From Convolutriloba macropyga (taxonomy: Eukaryota), in the NCBI RefSeq assembly GCF_964194025.1, contig NC_134469.1, forward strand, positions 42,532,001-42,596,000: DNA of 64,000 nt, written 5' to 3'. Shown in pieces: positions 62,149 through 64,000 of the stretch (position 1 is its first letter; the number at the start of each line of letters is the position of its first letter). The position numbers and the translations under genes are program-made. Under the pieces are notes generated by a model. That model saw only the letters and a program-made list of their open reading frames with translations, was not told the origin of the DNA and ran no database searches.

Positions 62149-62913
62149 ATGACTGCAGATAAGTTTAATAGTTATTCAAAAGCGGATCTTTATAAAATTT
62201 ATTGCCCCATATATCAAAAGTTAGAAGAGAAGGACAGTCTCATCGCCAAGCATGTGGTAATCATGAGTGAATTCCTTAAAAAATCAGTACAGGTAACAAC
62301 TACTTCATCTATAATAACACCAACAATTAACACGAGTGTGAAAAATGGCGTTTTTATTGGAAAGTCGGAAACATTAAAGATCGAGAAAACATACTTTTAT
62401 TTAATTGGTAGTAGTATCATCAAACACCTGGCAAGAGATCGGACATTTCCTCAGAACTGCAGAAAACATGCGTACCCAGGCTCAACGACAAAGGAAAAAG
62501 TGCAGCTATTACATCAAAAAAAGATGGAAACAGTCATTTTACAGGAAGGGACAAATGTTTTTCTTAAAAAGTGATCATTTAGAAAACTTATTTTTGGATT
62601 ACAAAGATCTTGTCTCCGCAAAAAAAGGAAAAGTTCAGCCCCGGTACTGATGGACGTGGAAGTGCCTCCCTTTAAAAAATTTCCGAAAAAAACGAAGACA
62701 AACAACAAAATTTATGAATTCAATGAAAAACTTGGCAAGTATATTACAAAAGAAAACACTAACAAAAAGAAAATACTTCCTGTCTGCAACATGTTGAGTC
62801 AAATGGCACATTACAACGCTCTCTTTTACGAAGATATACATTTTAATTTTCACCAGGGAATTCTGTTCTTTAAAACTGCAGCTTTAAGTAATTTTCTAAT
62901 CGAATTCTTGTAA
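62149..62913 (+). pseudogene. CR1/L2-type LINE ORF1 with SGNH/GDSL esterase domain (frameshifted)
   Basis: N-terminal coiled-coil-like segment. LIGSSII (block I), YPGST (block II), ILQEGTN (block III) and FYEDIHFN (block V) spread over ORFs 62149, 62405 and 62650. Confidence 0.75.
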
Positions 62914-63115
62914 TCTTGCTCGCTCACAATCATTGCAGCATTCTCAAAGTGCATATGCGAGTAGGGCTAACACTTACACACCATGGAGCCAAACAAATGG
63001 TTATACAAATGACTTTAGCTGCAGTTTCTGTTGTTTTTAGCTGTTTTGCGACGTGTATTACTTTATAATCAGTTTCTGCTTTAAATGGCAGGTATTTGAC
63101 TCATAGTTATACTAT

Positions 63116-64000
63116 GTGTACAACTCATGTTCTCCAATAGCATTTCAGAAATTTTTTTGCAGTTTTCCTTATGCATCTCGAATACCTTCATTCAAAGCAA
63201 GCTGTAACAGCAAACAGTGTGCCGTAACATACCAATTCAACGTTTCTTTTTTCTCAGTTGTTATATGTTACCTTCTACTAAAAAGTGGCGATATCGATAT
63301 AAACCCGGGACCAAGTTTGCTATATGCACTTATGATTAAAGTATTAGAAATAATTGCATCAAGAATAAAAATTCTACATTAAAACGCCAGAAGTTTAGCA
63401 GGACAAAATCTGCTGTAGAAGGAACTCATTCAAAACATTGGTTACAACTGCATACATGCGTTTAGTGAAACATGGTTGTCACAAAATCATCCGGAAGTGT
63501 TTTGGCATGTAGATAAGCAAAACTTTGTCTGTTTTTTGTGAAGATCGCATCCAAACAATGCGAAAAAAGGTAGTGGTATTTTAGTATACGTTCCTAAATT
63601 TTTAAAACCTCGTCTCCGCGATAATCCTAACTGCTTTCCGGATTCAAATTTTGAAAATTTTCAGGACCTATTCTTCTTCGCCTCTCCAGTGTTTTTAAGG
63701 ACCCCCAGGTACAAATTATATGATGTTATAAAGCACGTTACTATGTAGGAAAATAGCACGTGCACCAGGGGGTCATACAAAAAATCTGGTCACTAAGCTG
63801 GGGGGGACAGAATAGATCCGTTTAGAGGTTGAGTTAAGCAGACAAAAAAATTTGTACTAAATTTATCAAACTGTCCCAAATAAAACTTGTCAAGATGTTT
63901 TTGGGAAAATTGGTCCTGGGAATCGATCCTGCTATGGCTGAAGGAAAATCTGTCATATTTGCTGGAGACTTCCACTTAATCTGTTTTGCAAAGCGCGAAA
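63116..64000 (+). pseudogene. LINE ORF2 N-terminus: 2A-like peptide plus APE endonuclease (decayed, runs off window)
   Basis: LLLKSGDIDINPGP, then ILH*NARSL, FSETWL, KKGSGILVYV and VIFAGDF in shifting frames. Confidence 0.85.
63664..63819. mobile_element. Merlin-like MITE inserted in the LINE endonuclease
   Basis: GGACCTATTCT...GGGGACAGAATAGATCC. Interior is the reverse-complement homologue of 25117-25268. No clear TSD. Confidence 0.75.

Overview
AT-rich, repeat-dominated eukaryotic (probably invertebrate animal) DNA with three N gaps. I found no host gene I can call with confidence, and most ORFs in the track are spurious. Main contents: (1) a full-length but disabled Ty3/gypsy (Mag-like) LTR retrotransposon on the minus strand, 29128-36078, with 492-bp LTRs, a CTCTC target-site duplication (TSD), a tRNA-Ser-like primer-binding site (PBS) and a polypurine tract (PPT). 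It has an unusually long RNase H-integrase linker, a long integrase C-terminal tail, and a gag ATG formed by the LTR/PBS junction. (2) The 5' part of a decayed CR1/L2-type LINE at the right edge, with an SGNH-esterase ORF1 and a 2A-like (StopGo) motif ahead of the APE endonuclease. (3) Several non-autonomous DNA-transposon families: five CCCGGG-terminated CACTA/EnSpm-like elements that all carry a tRNA-like Pol III box A/box B cassette, two MULE-like foldbacks sharing a GC-rich core, four Merlin-like MITEs, a Tc1-like MITE family, Helentron/HINE-like elements and two Tc1 transposase remnants. (4) Tandem arrays of about 1.1-1.2 kb, including a 3.7-kb higher-order duplication. All alignments, counts and identities were done by eye and are approximate.
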